From: Escherichia coli
Lineage (GTDB): Bacteria; Pseudomonadota; Gammaproteobacteria; Enterobacterales; Enterobacteriaceae
Assembly: GCA_902499925.1 (NCBI GenBank)
Contig: GCA_902499925.1_4130.1
Direction: 5' to 3' (one strand)
Length of the DNA: 64,000 nt
The notes below the pieces were generated by a model, which saw only the letters and a list, made by a program, of their open reading frames with translations, was not told where the DNA came from and made no database searches. How positions within the stretch are numbered: the stretch's first letter is position 1; each line of letters starts with the position of its first letter. The position numbers and the translations under genes were made by a program. This document shows positions 8,158 to 17,251 of the stretch, one piece after another.

Positions 8158-8499
8158 TTATTCGAAATCTTCTGGACCGGACTGATAATCATCTTCACCG
8201 TATGCACTTTCTAACCGCTCACCAGTGTGATCATCAGTTAGTGAGTCATCCTCATAGTTCACGTCTACGCCAGTGATGTAAAACTGGCTATCGTCTGGAT
8301 CATTGAAATTAATTTTTTGGATGTTTACAATAACTGTATTGATACCCAGGACACCGCCATCAGCCGTTACAAAGTACTGATAGTTTTCGCAACCGCCTGA
8401 ATTGAAACCGTAATTAATTTCGGCCCGACCATCATTTAAACGCAGTGCCTGGGCGATGATTTCATTTTCAAAGTTAGATTGAGCAATTGAGATAGTCAT
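8158..8499 (-). CDS. hypothetical acidic protein (113 aa)
   Basis: Minus ORF; RBS AAGGAAACAAATC; hairpin upstream. Confidence 0.6.
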   Translation of the reverse strand: MTISIAQSNFENEIIAQALRLNDGRAEINYGFNSGGCENYQYFVTADGGVLGINTVIVNIQKINFNDPDDSQFYITGVDVNYEDDSLTDDHTGERLESAYGEDDYQSGPEDFE

Positions 8500-8681
8500 G
8501 ATTTGTTTCCTTATTACCAGGGGAAACCGTTTCCCCTTTCGATGTAAAACATTATACGCTTATTGAGATAGTTTGCAAGTACTTTCTACAAATACTTTTA
8601 AAATAGTTTTCAGTACTCAAACATTATATAATAGATACACTTATGCACCCTGTGGGCTAGTGAGCTATCTCTCAATGAATA

Positions 8682-8720
8682 TATAATAGCAAAATGGCTG
8701 ACCGGAGTCAACCACTTTTT
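8682..8720 (-). promoter_or_regulatory. terminator-promoter cassette (early-region variant)
   Basis: TGGTTGAC-tccg-GTCAGCCA then TATTAT. Confidence 0.5.
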
Positions 8721-8864
8721 TCATTTATTTTTAGCTTTTAGAATCGCCGCCTTTCGCGTCATGCCTTGCTTGATGTATTCCTGTACTTTCGCTTTACGTG
8801 CATTCGCTTTATTTGCTTTCGTAAACGCCGAACAACTTTTATAATTTAAGCCTGTTGGATTCAT
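8721..8864 (-). CDS. hypothetical small basic protein (47 aa)
   Basis: Untracked ORF MNPTGLNYKSCSAFTKANKANARKAK...; last gene of a three-gene coupled unit, followed by terminator cassette. Confidence 0.35.
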   Translation of the reverse strand: MNPTGLNYKSCSAFTKANKANARKAKVQEYIKQGMTRKAAILKAKNK

Positions 8865-8954
8865 TTAAATCACCATAAAGAATAGATAGGTTACTAACAA
8901 TGCCGCGATCAATGCACCGACCAGGGCCGAACTATAGTAAGCTAATGATTTCAT
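8865..8954 (-). CDS. hypothetical hydrophobic peptide (29 aa)
   Basis: Untracked ORF MKSLAYYSSALVGALIAALLVTYLFFMVI; ATG overlaps stop of 8951..9103. Confidence 0.3.
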   Translation of the reverse strand: MKSLAYYSSALVGALIAALLVTYLFFMVI

Positions 8955-9103
8955 TTTTTAGCCTGAAAGTAATGTTTAATTTGAGCGGCGGTCAGTGCAC
9001 AATTACGCAGGAAGTTTTCTGTATAACTGCGGCGAGTACTGAAAGAGAATTGACCTTTGCCGTTACCGATAGTAACATCAAACCGAGCGTTGTATTGTTT
9101 CAT
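8951..9103 (-). CDS. hypothetical protein (50 aa)
   Basis: Trimmed to Met11; RBS AGGAGAAACAAA; hairpin upstream. Confidence 0.45.
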   Translation of the reverse strand: MKQYNARFDVTIGNGKGQFSFSTRRSYTENFLRNCALTAAQIKHYFQAKK

Positions 9104-9181
9104 TTTGTTTCTCCTGTTATTGGGGAGAATCATTTCTCCCCTTCATGTAAAACATTATACAGTACTAAAAACTAATTGCAA

Positions 9182-9331
9182 GTACTATTTTTTAGATTTA
9201 CGCAAACTTTCTACCATCTCAGGAGTAAGGCCAGGCGGGTAGAAAACCACTTCATCAACGAAACGTAAAGGGAATACCCCATCTAAGGTTGAACGTGCTT
9301 TCTTGTTAGTACTCTTTTTTGATGCTTTCAT
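9182..9331 (-). CDS. hypothetical small basic protein (49 aa)
   Basis: Untracked ORF MKASKKSTNKKARSTLDG...; RBS AAGGAATATGAA; hairpin upstream. Confidence 0.4.
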
Positions 9332-9400
9332 TTCATATTCCTTAATTAGTGGGGAGAATCATTTCTCCCCTTCATGTAAAACATTATACGCGTTTAAAAA

Positions 9401-9610
9401 CTAATTGCAAGTACTATTTGAAAGTAAATGCTCATACGCTGCATTAACTACGTTTTCAATAACCGACTGTACAGAAAGATCCCCCACGGCCTGGCTATAG
9501 TAGAAATCGCTTACAGTGGTGTCATCGTATGCAAATACTTTACCAGGTACTGCATCAATCACATACATATTAACCTTTAAGATGTCGATCTTATCCTGTA
9601 CAGTAAGCAT
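9401..9610 (-). CDS. hypothetical protein (69 aa)
   Basis: Minus ORF; RBS AAAGGTTAATTAAT. Confidence 0.5.
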   Translation of the reverse strand: MLTVQDKIDILKVNMYVIDAVPGKVFAYDDTTVSDFYYSQAVGDLSVQSVIENVVNAAYEHLLSNSTCN

Positions 9611-9615
9611 ATTAA

Positions 9616-9888
9616 TTAACCTTTTAAGTACTGGCTTAAGTAGTCTTGTTGATCTTCGGTGATTGCAGCCATCTTCCCTAGTACTGGATTGATGATATAA
9701 TCCCCTGTAACGTCCTGTAACGCATTCTCAGGCGGTTTAACGGCTGGGGTAGCCATAGCCATTGCCTGGACTTGTTCGACGCTGTAACGCTCATAAAGGC
9801 GGCATTCTTCCGGTGTTAACATAGCATCAGTACGCTTCATCGGTTTAATGATGCTTTCGATCTCATTCAGTACTTGATTAACGTTCAT
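9616..9888 (-). CDS. hypothetical protein (90 aa)
   Basis: Minus ORF; RBS GGGGATTATACC. Confidence 0.55.
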   Translation of the reverse strand: MNVNQVLNEIESIIKPMKRTDAMLTPEECRLYERYSVEQVQAMAMATPAVKPPENALQDVTGDYIINPVLGKMAAITEDQQDYLSQYLKG

Positions 9889-9939
9889 GGTATAATCCCC
9901 AATATAAGCGGCCTGAATCGACCGCTAACGATGTTTTGA

Positions 9940-10209
9940 TTAATAGGTGTATGGTTGACGCTCAAACAATGATTGCACGTTGTACGCCCCGCTTATGGGC
10001 TTCGCTGGTAAATCAATTTTATATTGTTCACGCTTAAAGATAATAAAACGGCAATTGTTTTTAACATCAAAATTGATTGAACGTTCCAGGAGTTTTCCAT
10101 CGTGCACAAATACAAGATAACCGCTTGCTACTTGTTTTGTAGTACTGGTTGCAACCATAGACCGACGAACATGTGTACCTGCATCGATTAAAGTACTGAT
10201 ATTTTTCAT
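9940..10209 (-). CDS. hypothetical protein (89 aa)
   Basis: Minus ORF; RBS AAGAGGATCGTATA. Confidence 0.6.
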   Translation of the reverse strand: MKNISTLIDAGTHVRRSMVATSTTKQVASGYLVFVHDGKLLERSINFDVKNNCRFIIFKREQYKIDLPAKPISGAYNVQSLFERQPYTY

Positions 10210-10289
10210 TATACGATCCTCTTAAGTTAATTTAATTTCTTTCCCCTATGCAGACACTATATCAAAGTATCTGCATAAAGTAAAGCTAA

Positions 10290-10613
10290 TTAAAGATCTT
10301 TTTTGCGTTTAACATTCTGTACAGTACAATGCAACGGGATATTAAGATCATTGCACAAACGAGTAAGGGAGGTTTCATCAGTATTAAGCCCGTCTACTGA
10401 TTCCTTTAAGAGAGATAACGCCGTTTGTTGATATGCATCTTCATAGCCATAAGTAAATGATTCAACCGCCAGATCATTCAAACCGTTATCCAGTTCAACG
10501 CTTACATGACAAGAATGATAAGTATTGCCATATGAATCAGTCCAACGTTTACCGTCAACATTGATTGCACGGATTGCAGCCAGGGAAACGGTGTTAATGA
10601 TAGTTTTAGCCAT
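10290..10613 (-). CDS. hypothetical protein (107 aa); paralog of 3442..3765
   Basis: Minus ORF; RBS AAGGAATACAAAA; shared RWTDS(Y/H)GNTYHSC motif. Confidence 0.6.
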   Translation of the reverse strand: MAKTIINTVSLAAIRAINVDGKRWTDSYGNTYHSCHVSVELDNGLNDLAVESFTYGYEDAYQQTALSLLKESVDGLNTDETSLTRLCNDLNIPLHCTVQNVKRKKDL

Positions 10614-10702
10614 TTTTGTATTCCTTAAATTAATATGTTGTCTTGATAAAATCTATTATGCCAGTACTATCAAACTATGTCAATAGTACTGTGATAATAT
10701 TT

Positions 10703-10846
10703 TTACTTACTTTTTTCTTTCTTTATTACTTCCACCTGGTCGGCCCATTCTTTACCCCATACTTGTAAATTATAATGGTACTGGCAAAGAGCAACGCCCC
10801 GCTTTAAACCCGTAATAGATTTCTGACCACATTGACAAGTTTTCAT
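10703..10846 (-). CDS. hypothetical small Cys-containing protein (47 aa)
   Basis: Untracked ORF MKTCQCGQKSITGLKRGVALCQYH...; RBS AAGGAAACTAAA; hairpin upstream. Confidence 0.4.
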   Translation of the reverse strand: MKTCQCGQKSITGLKRGVALCQYHYNLQVWGKEWADQVEVIKKEKSK

Positions 10847-10932
10847 TTTAGTTTCCTTGTAGTGGGGAGAACCATTTCTCCCCTTGATGTAATGTATTAT
10901 ACTTTATTCGATTTACTTTGCAAGTACTTTTT

Positions 10933-11160
10933 TTAATTTAATTCATCAAGGCAAAGGATACGCTCAACGCCCAAATCAGTTAAACTAATCGACGGCACTT
11001 GATAGGTTTCAATGTATGCTACACTTGCCCACTGACCGAACTCATTAACGGCCCAGGTATTCATTGCATTTTGCAATTCCGCACCTTCCTTGTTGGTAAT
11101 GACTGCAACTACTTGTTCGTTGCCAGTAGTACCAGATACGCGAGTAATGATAATAGCCAT
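10933..11160 (-). CDS. hypothetical protein (75 aa)
   Basis: Trimmed to Met20; RBS AAAGGAATCAAAACA; promoter TTGCAC-16-TATAAT upstream. Confidence 0.55.
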   Translation of the reverse strand: MAIIITRVSGTTGNEQVVAVITNKEGAELQNAMNTWAVNEFGQWASVAYIETYQVPSISLTDLGVERILCLDELN

Positions 11161-11396
11161 TGTTTTGATTCCTTTGATTTGGAAGGAGAACCGTTTCCCC
11201 CTCTCGATGTAAAACATTATACGCTAATCTCTTAATCGTGCAAGTACTTTTTATTACTTTTTGCAAAATACTTTAAACGCTCTCAATCGCATTACAACGA
11301 CCTTAACGCCACCAGCTAGGGCAATTGCATCAGATAATCAGTTTAATGCGTTAGAATCGTTTCTAGGCGGTGCTGGTGGCCTGGTAAACGATAAAC

Positions 11397-11425
11397 ACAA
11401 AAAAGCCCACCATTTAAGGTGGGCT
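11397..11425 (-). terminator. intrinsic terminator
   Basis: Hairpin AGCCCACC-ttaaatg-GTGGGCT followed by U6 on minus-strand RNA, 3' of 11447..11929. Confidence 0.6.
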
Positions 11426-11446
11426 AGTGATTCAGTACTTTAATTG

Positions 11447-11929
11447 TTATGCTTCAACTTTGCGATGAGCTTCGATCCATTCCTCGCGAGTCATACCGCT
11501 GGAGTTAATCGCATCCAGTACTACAGCAATGCAGTTACCACGCACCGGAATCAGATATTCTTCCCCGTTGTCCAGTACTACCGCTACGCGTTCCTGAATC
11601 CATTTTTTTGCTTTTACTTCTGGCTTATCTTCCCCGTACTTAACCGCCAGGGCTTTTTGTGCCATCTCTGTAACTACTTCCAGATCCAGCCCAACTACTG
11701 CCGCCTGAATACTTTCAATTGTTGCTTGCAGTTCTGCTTCACGGGCCGCTTTCGCCGCTTCAATTTCTGCCGCTTTATTTGCTTGTAGTTCTTTCGCAGT
11801 ACTGTACGCGATGTTAAAATTATTGCGTACCGCTTTCATGGTATCGTTGTCCAGTTCAGCCAGGATCTCAGCCGCGACGTTAGTTTCATTTGCTACCAGT
11901 GCTTTGATGAATGATTTTACATTAGCCAT
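11447..11929 (-). CDS. Ala-rich protein, predicted coiled coil (160 aa)
   Basis: Trimmed to Met6; RBS GAGGATTTATAAA; promoter TTGACA-16-TAGAAT upstream. Confidence 0.6.
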   Translation of the reverse strand: MANVKSFIKALVANETNVAAEILAELDNDTMKAVRNNFNIAYSTAKELQANKAAEIEAAKAAREAELQATIESIQAAVVGLDLEVVTEMAQKALAVKYGEDKPEVKAKKWIQERVAVVLDNGEEYLIPVRGNCIAVVLDAINSSGMTREEWIEAHRKVEA

Positions 11930-12131
11930 TTTATAAATCCTCAATTAAAGTTTAGTTTACGTTTATTAGTGTATCAAAGTTTTCTCGACGTGTCCAGTTT
12001 TTCGTTCGACTTACTGGCGGTCTACTTAGTGCTCCCCGTCTTGATGTAATACATTCTACGCCTTTTTGCGGTAATGTCAACTACTTTTTTTAAAACTATT
12101 TTCAAAGTATCTCAGTACTACGATACTATAA

Positions 12132-12161
12132 AAACAAAAAAGCCCACTGTATAAGTGGGCT
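12132..12161 (-). terminator. intrinsic terminator
   Basis: Hairpin AGCCCACT-tataca-GTGGGCT followed by U-run on minus RNA, 3' of 12179..12478. Confidence 0.6.
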
Positions 12162-12178
12162 AGTGATTCAGTACTAGA

Positions 12179-12478
12179 TTATAAACAGTTAATTACTCCG
12201 GTGTGCGTTACTTTCTCAGTATCCATTACAGTGACCGAACCGCGTTTAGTACTTGCATCGTAATAAATTGTCGTGCTACCTTTTTCGTCTTCTTCATGGA
12301 ACGGGCCGCTTTTAAATGCTTCTGGCTGGATCTCTAAATCCTTTAAAACAATCTCGCCAGTACTTTCATTGGTCATCGCTACAGTGCACTGAATGAATTT
12401 TTCATTACTTACATCTAACGACGCATTAACAGCGAAAGAGGAAACAGATAAAGCCAGGGCGATGATTGCAATTTTCAT
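12179..12478 (-). CDS. secreted protein with N-terminal signal peptide (99 aa)
   Basis: N-terminus MKIAIIALALSVSSFAVNA is signal-peptide-like; RBS AAGGATAATCAA. Confidence 0.6.
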   Translation of the reverse strand: MKIAIIALALSVSSFAVNASLDVSNEKFIQCTVAMTNESTGEIVLKDLEIQPEAFKSGPFHEEDEKGSTTIYYDASTKRGSVTVMDTEKVTHTGVINCL

Positions 12479-12562
12479 TTGATTATCCTTAGTTACCAGG
12501 GGGAACCGCTCCCCCTTGCGATGTAAAATATTATACAGTTCTAAAAACTATTATCAAGTACT

Positions 12563-12799
12563 TTATGATTTTTTATAAAACATTTCAGCAGTGATATTTT
12601 TACCCGTTGGCTGTACTTTATCCAGGATTTTTTGATGTCCAGGCCGACCAAATGAATATGATCCGTAAACCGTAAACCAGTAGTTACCCTCAGTGTTTAC
12701 ATGTACAGCACAATAAGGAACACCACGCGATTCATCACTAGTAAAGTGTGATACCGTTCCCGTTACATTCGCAGACGTTGATTTGATTTGTTCGAGCAT
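12563..12799 (-). CDS. hypothetical protein (78 aa)
   Basis: Minus ORF; RBS AAGGAATAAGAAA; hairpin upstream. Confidence 0.55.
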   Translation of the reverse strand: MLEQIKSTSANVTGTVSHFTSDESRGVPYCAVHVNTEGNYWFTVYGSYSFGRPGHQKILDKVQPTGKNITAEMFYKKS

Positions 12800-12906
12800 T
12801 TTCTTATTCCTTAGTTACCAGGGGAACCACTCCCCTATGCAAAACATTATACGCGTTTAAAAACTAATTGCAAGTATTTTAATAAAAAGTATTTGAAAAA
12901 TAGTTG

Positions 12907-12935
12907 TTGACAAGTGCATCCAGTACTGGCATAAT
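12907..12935 (+). promoter_or_regulatory. plus-strand (antisense-oriented) sigma70-like promoter
   Basis: TTGACA-17-CATAAT read on the plus strand; CCCACCGGGTGC box about 30 nt downstream; no plus-strand ORF follows. Confidence 0.4.
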
Positions 12936-13003
12936 TACTACATAAAGACAAAACAGTCTCTAACCCACCGGGTGCCGAGATCCGTCTATTAAATGATTCA
13001 GTA

Positions 13004-13036
13004 CTGAAAAAGTAACGGGGAGTTATTATCTCCCCG
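13004..13036 (-). terminator. intrinsic terminator
   Basis: Hairpin CGGGGAGATAATAACTCCCCG then UUACUUUUUC on minus RNA, 3' of 13042..13263. Confidence 0.55.
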
Positions 13037-13041
13037 CGTTG

Positions 13042-13263
13042 TTATTTGGTAAGGTATAAACAGAAGTCACCTTTATTTGCTACGCCGCCAGTGTAACGCG
13101 ATGAATAGTTAGAAACGTCCTGGACTTCTGCTATTACCAGTGTATCATCATTCATTTCGTCGCAGAAGCAAACGGCTGGATCTTGTACGCCGATTTTGTC
13201 GGCATGTTCCCGCATAGATTTAACCAGTGCTTCCAGTTGGGAAAGAGTAGTGATATTAGCCAT
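13042..13263 (-). CDS. hypothetical protein (73 aa)
   Basis: Trimmed to Met11; RBS GAGGAAAATAAA; hairpin upstream. Confidence 0.55.
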   Translation of the reverse strand: MANITTLSQLEALVKSMREHADKIGVQDPAVCFCDEMNDDTLVIAEVQDVSNYSSRYTGGVANKGDFCLYLTK

Positions 13264-13349
13264 TTTATTTTCCTCATTACCAGGGAGAACCATTTCTCCC
13301 TTTGATGTAAACCATTATACAGTACTGAAAACTAATTGCAAGTACTTTT

Positions 13350-13553
13350 TTAATTTAATTGCTTTAAAACATACTCAAAGACACCACGCACATCATTGAT
13401 CATCGCCTGGCGGTTAGCAGGTAACGCATCAGGATCGCCACTATCCCAGGCATTGATAAAACTCCCCAAATCATGATAGATTTTATTCTGTAAGCCGATT
13501 AACTGCAATTCTTTTTCTTCAAGCTCTTTGATACGTTCAATTAAATCACTCAT
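13350..13553 (-). CDS. hypothetical protein (67 aa)
   Basis: Trimmed to Met13; RBS GAGGATTATCTA, identical context to 13571..13855. Confidence 0.5.
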   Translation of the reverse strand: MSDLIERIKELEEKELQLIGLQNKIYHDLGSFINAWDSGDPDALPANRQAMINDVRGVFEYVLKQLN

Positions 13554-13570
13554 TAGATAATCCTCAGTAC

Positions 13571-13855
13571 TTAACTGTAAGATCCGCAACGGTCGCAGTA
13601 GTGCCCGTCCTCGTCATCGTCAACGAATTGACCGACGAAATGATCTACTTTCGCTTTCAGGTTATTATAATCGTTTTCTACTTCCGTTAAACGCTTCTGG
13701 TAGTATTCCAGTGCTTTAAGATATGCCGCATCAGCAGTTTTCTCCTGCATAGCTAAATTCATGCCACGCGTTTCATCGTACAGCCAAAAACCATCGGTGC
13801 ACTCACTGATTGACAATGATTTACTTAACACATTGTACTTTATTACTTTACTCAT
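13571..13855 (-). CDS. hypothetical protein with C-terminal CxxC (94 aa)
   Basis: Trimmed to Met14; RBS GAGGATTATCTA; C-terminus HYCDRCGSYS; hairpin upstream. Confidence 0.55.
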   Translation of the reverse strand: MSKVIKYNVLSKSLSISECTDGFWLYDETRGMNLAMQEKTADAAYLKALEYYQKRLTEVENDYNNLKAKVDHFVGQFVDDDEDGHYCDRCGSYS

Positions 13856-13911
13856 TAGATAATCCTCAGTAAAGGCGGGAACCATTCCCGCCATTGATTC
13901 AGTACTGAATG

Positions 13912-14151
13912 TTACATTCCAACCATTGCGGCACGGATCGCAGTAGTGCTATACTTGAATCCGTCCGGCGTTGTAGTAGTACCGTTGGCTTTTAATCTGC
14001 GGTACATACATTGGGCCGCAATATCTTTAGTTTTACATTGTGCGATGCAACTTTGAGCAAGCCGATATAATGACTCACCGTTATTAATCCACAATGAAAC
14101 ATTCCAATGAGTTTTGTTTTTGTGCCCGTTGTAAGTTTTAGTACTAGCCAT
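13912..14151 (-). CDS. hypothetical protein (79 aa); paralog of 15951..16190
   Basis: Trimmed to Met11; RBS GAGGATTTAAAA; shares GHKNKTHWNVSLWINN...PDGFKYSTTAIRAAMVGM. Confidence 0.55.
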   Translation of the reverse strand: MASTKTYNGHKNKTHWNVSLWINNGESLYRLAQSCIAQCKTKDIAAQCMYRRLKANGTTTTPDGFKYSTTAIRAAMVGM

Positions 14152-14241
14152 TTTTAAATCCTCGTTTGAGCGGGGAACCATTCCCCGCCTCGATATAAAG
14201 TATTATACGCTTTTAAACTTAGTTTGCAAGTACTTTTTGAA

Positions 14242-14853
14242 TTAATATTCGATTGATTCTACTACGCCATCAATAACATTGAATTGATATTCGTTACCCT
14301 CAATCAGTGCCGTAATGTTTTCAGTACTGAATTGATCCTCATATGCATTCTCTAAATCACGGTACAACTTGCGGGATAATTCACGAATAGTTTCAGTGAG
14401 TAGTTCCTCAAGCTCATTAACTAACGTTTCTTGTTTTGCGGTTAAATCAGTGTAAGCCGATTCAATGTACCCGCTTACAGTGTTTTCGTGTGAGTAGCGA
14501 GATTGAGAACGCTTTACACTCATCGCCAAATCATCTTCATTCAGCAGGTGACGGATTGAGCGATACTTAGTTAATGCTCTTACCTTGCGTAAAAACTTCA
14601 CTGCGTCAACGTGGTCAGTACTGATTGATGCACCGTCACCCTGGGACCAAAAACCACTGAATTGTATTTCAGCGTCATTAATGCCATATTCCGGTAATAC
14701 TGTTTCTTTATAGTATTCGATCACTGACTCAGAAAAGAAATCATCCCCGCTTGAACGTTCACGTTCCCGAACCAGTTCGATAGCTGACGTTTTTTGTTCT
14801 GCGTTCAATTCAGAAAAATCCATAACATAAGTAGTAGTAGTGATAGTTTTCAT
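14242..14853 (-). CDS. hypothetical acidic protein (203 aa)
   Basis: Minus ORF; RBS GAGGGTTACAAA; tandem promoters with structured leader upstream. Confidence 0.6.
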   Translation of the reverse strand: MKTITTTTYVMDFSELNAEQKTSAIELVRERERSSGDDFFSESVIEYYKETVLPEYGINDAEIQFSGFWSQGDGASISTDHVDAVKFLRKVRALTKYRSIRHLLNEDDLAMSVKRSQSRYSHENTVSGYIESAYTDLTAKQETLVNELEELLTETIRELSRKLYRDLENAYEDQFSTENITALIEGNEYQFNVIDGVVESIEY

Positions 14854-15078
14854 TTTGTAACCCTCATTCAGTAGTTGATGTAAGTATTATACGCTTTTAA
14901 AAACATTTGTCAAACTATTTTATCAGGGGAGTTTTTCGTGTGCCTTACTCCTGGGCTACTTAACGGGGAGTTACTTATTTCGTTCCCCGTCCTGATGTAA
15001 AACATTATACGCCTTTAAACATAGTTTGCAAGTACTTTTTAAAAATAGTTTTCAGTACTGAATATTAAAAAAAAAGTA

Positions 15079-15107
15079 TTGACAGCATTATCAAGTACTG
15101 GTATAAT
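15079..15107 (+). promoter_or_regulatory. plus-strand (antisense-oriented) sigma70-like promoter
   Basis: TTGACA-17-TATAAT on plus strand; CCCACCGGGTGC box downstream. Confidence 0.4.
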
Positions 15108-15281
15108 ATATCCCATGACAACAGCTAACCCACCGGGTGCACAATTGTAACTATACTAAACTAATTTTTCTATAGATACACTCCCGCACCCTATGGGCTA
15201 CGGCTTATCTGCCAATGAATACATTATGCCAGTACTGACAAAATAAGTCAATACCGGCAATTGTAAAGATTTGTAAACTGC

Positions 15282-15512
15282 TTATACTGCAATCGCGTCC
15301 AGGCTATAATAATAATAAGTGCCGTATTGGTGTACTTTATTACCTTTTATTTCAGTACTGAATGAATCCGAACGATTGGCATATGATGTTAATTTAAAGT
15401 ACTTTGATTTGCTGATACGTTGCCATACACCGCAGATCCGCTGTAAGTAAGTAGTTTTATTAGTGGTAGTATCTTTTACGGTTTTAACTTCAGTCATATA
15501 CATATTGGTCAT
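15282..15512 (-). CDS. hypothetical protein (76 aa)
   Basis: Minus ORF; RBS AAGGAGTAAAAAAA; hairpin 15535-15553 upstream. Confidence 0.55.
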   Translation of the reverse strand: MTNMYMTEVKTVKDTTTNKTTYLQRICGVWQRISKSKYFKLTSYANRSDSFSTEIKGNKVHQYGTYYYYSLDAIAV

Positions 15513-15601
15513 TTTTTTTTACTCCTTGCTTTAGTGGGGAACTATTCCCCACCTGATATAAAGTATTATACGCTTTTAAACTTAGTTTGCAAGTACTTTT
15601 T

Positions 15602-15865
15602 TTATAGTACTGCTATCTTTTTAGTACGGTACACGGTAACACGATTCCCCTTACGGTCGAGCTTTATTTCTACCACTCGACGCGATACACTAGCAGGACT
15701 TTTCAACGCCGCTAACCAGTACTGTAATGATCTGGCGGTACTACGCTTTACAATGGCCCAACGTTTACCACTTTCCGATTGTACGCCCATATCTTTAAAC
15801 GTTGCCCCGTCCTGGCGTGCGGCGATCCGAGCTTGTTCACGCGTCGCAAAATACTTAATATTCAT
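15602..15865 (-). CDS. hypothetical protein (87 aa); paralog of 2951..3346
   Basis: Trimmed to Met13 (MNIKYFATRE). Confidence 0.55.
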   Translation of the reverse strand: MNIKYFATREQARIAARQDGATFKDMGVQSESGKRWAIVKRSTARSLQYWLAALKSPASVSRRVVEIKLDRKGNRVTVYRTKKIAVL

Positions 15866-15950
15866 GCTGTTGCCCTTATCGTTGGTGTATGAATAAAACA
15901 CTATTATAAAGTACTATCGCAAAAAATGATAGTACTTTAAATAAATTCTA

Positions 15951-16190
15951 TTACATTCCAACCATCGCCGCACGGATCGCAGTAGTGCTATATTTGAATC
16001 CGTCCGGTGTTTTATCTTGTCCAGTCTGTTCTAAAAATAACATCATATGACGGGCCGCATCATTGCGATTAGTGCTATCGTTAATAAAGTCCTGGGCCAA
16101 CCGGTATAATGATTCATCGTTATTAATCCAAAGGCTTACATTCCAATGAGTTTTGTTTTTGTGACCTAAGAACATTTTTGATTTAGCCAT
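15951..16190 (-). CDS. hypothetical protein (79 aa); paralog of 13912..14151
   Basis: Minus ORF; RBS AAGAGGATTAAAAA; hairpin upstream. Confidence 0.55.
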   Translation of the reverse strand: MAKSKMFLGHKNKTHWNVSLWINNDESLYRLAQDFINDSTNRNDAARHMMLFLEQTGQDKTPDGFKYSTTAIRAAMVGM

Positions 16191-16282
16191 TTTTTAATCC
16201 TCTTATATAGTGGGGAACTATTCCCCACCTGATGTAAAACATTATACGCTTTTAAACTTAGTTTGCAAGTACTTTATTAAAC

Positions 16283-16645
16283 TTATTTGTAAATTTTGCC
16301 ACTGTCAGCCCATACCAGGAAACGATGCATATTATCCCATGCATCTTGTTTTAAATTTAAACCGTGCAATTCCTCAGTAGTTGCCATCCCTGGTACTGGC
16401 TTACTACACACCGCGAAATTTTCTCCCATGTACTGATAAACCATCGTTAAATCATTTGAGATCATTACATGGATCATTGAATCAAGCATCAAAGTAGCGG
16501 CGTATTGTTCACGCTTAAGCGGCAACATTGCAATAAGTTCCCGATAAGCTGCAATGTGAATTTTTACAGTTTCAGCCGGAAGACCTTTCATCTCTTCACG
16601 GAAGTTAACCAGGTTAAGCATGATTTTATTGATTTGAGTCGCCAT
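16283..16645 (-). CDS. hypothetical protein (120 aa)
   Basis: Trimmed to Met20; RBS AAGAGAGATTAAAACG; hairpin AGCGGGAA-gtg-TTCCCGCT upstream. Confidence 0.6.
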   Translation of the reverse strand: MATQINKIMLNLVNFREEMKGLPAETVKIHIAAYRELIAMLPLKREQYAATLMLDSMIHVMISNDLTMVYQYMGENFAVCSKPVPGMATTEELHGLNLKQDAWDNMHRFLVWADSGKIYK

Positions 16646-17008
16646 CGTTTTAATCTCTCTTAATGTGTAGCGGGAAGTGTTCCCGCTCTCGATGTAAAAC
16701 ATTATACGCTTTTATCAGTACGGTGCAAGTACTTTCTACAAATACTTTTAAAATAGTTTTCTTTCTATATAGGGGAACTATTATTCAGTACTGCAACCAT
16801 CCAGGGGAACTATCTTTCTATATAGTAGTACTATCATTCAGTACTGAATCAATCCACCAAATCATCCCGATACCCCGTAAAACGGCCTCAGACGCATTCT
16901 AACGCATTAATACACCTAAGCTATACATTTGCACCATTCCAATCATTCCAGGGCTTTACTGGCCGTTTAAACGCGTTAAATTATTTTCAATTATTTTGTT
17001 TTTAGCTA

Positions 17009-17036
17009 TTGACTCAGTACTAAAAAAGCGTATAAT
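17009..17036 (+). promoter_or_regulatory. plus-strand sigma70-like promoter
   Basis: TTGACT-16-TATAAT on plus strand inside the non-coding island. Confidence 0.4.
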
Positions 17037-17223
17037 TACTACATAGACGCGAGAAAGCGGATACCCCAGGGGGTGGGAAGATCCGTCCAAAATTCATAAA
17101 ATTTAAAAAGGATACACTCCCGCACCCTAGCAGGTCAAAGCACTTTCTCAGTACTGAAATATAGTACCATAGTCCGGCCCAGGATAGCAAGCAAATTAAT
17201 TAAAACTTTTTGCTTCCAGGGTA

Positions 17224-17251
17224 TTGCTTTATTTTTCCAGTACTGTATAAT
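17224..17251 (+). promoter_or_regulatory. plus-strand promoter-like box
   Basis: TTGCTT-16-TATAAT on plus strand; CCCACCGGGTGC box downstream. Confidence 0.35.

Noticed and set aside
54-16902. Plus-strand ORFs in the early region (e.g. 54..260, 163..417, 443..631, 3102..3332, 5322..5732, 15534..15896, 16663..16902)
   Set aside because: They overlap better-supported minus-strand genes, often read through the repeated promoter and hairpin sequences (which is why several begin with similar peptides), and lack RBSs
1-16902. Regularly repeated intergenic elements resembling a CRISPR repeat-spacer array
   Set aside because: Repeat units are promoter, hairpin and terminator modules of variable sequence, spacing is 200-600 bp, and the intervening sequences are protein-coding genes with RBSs
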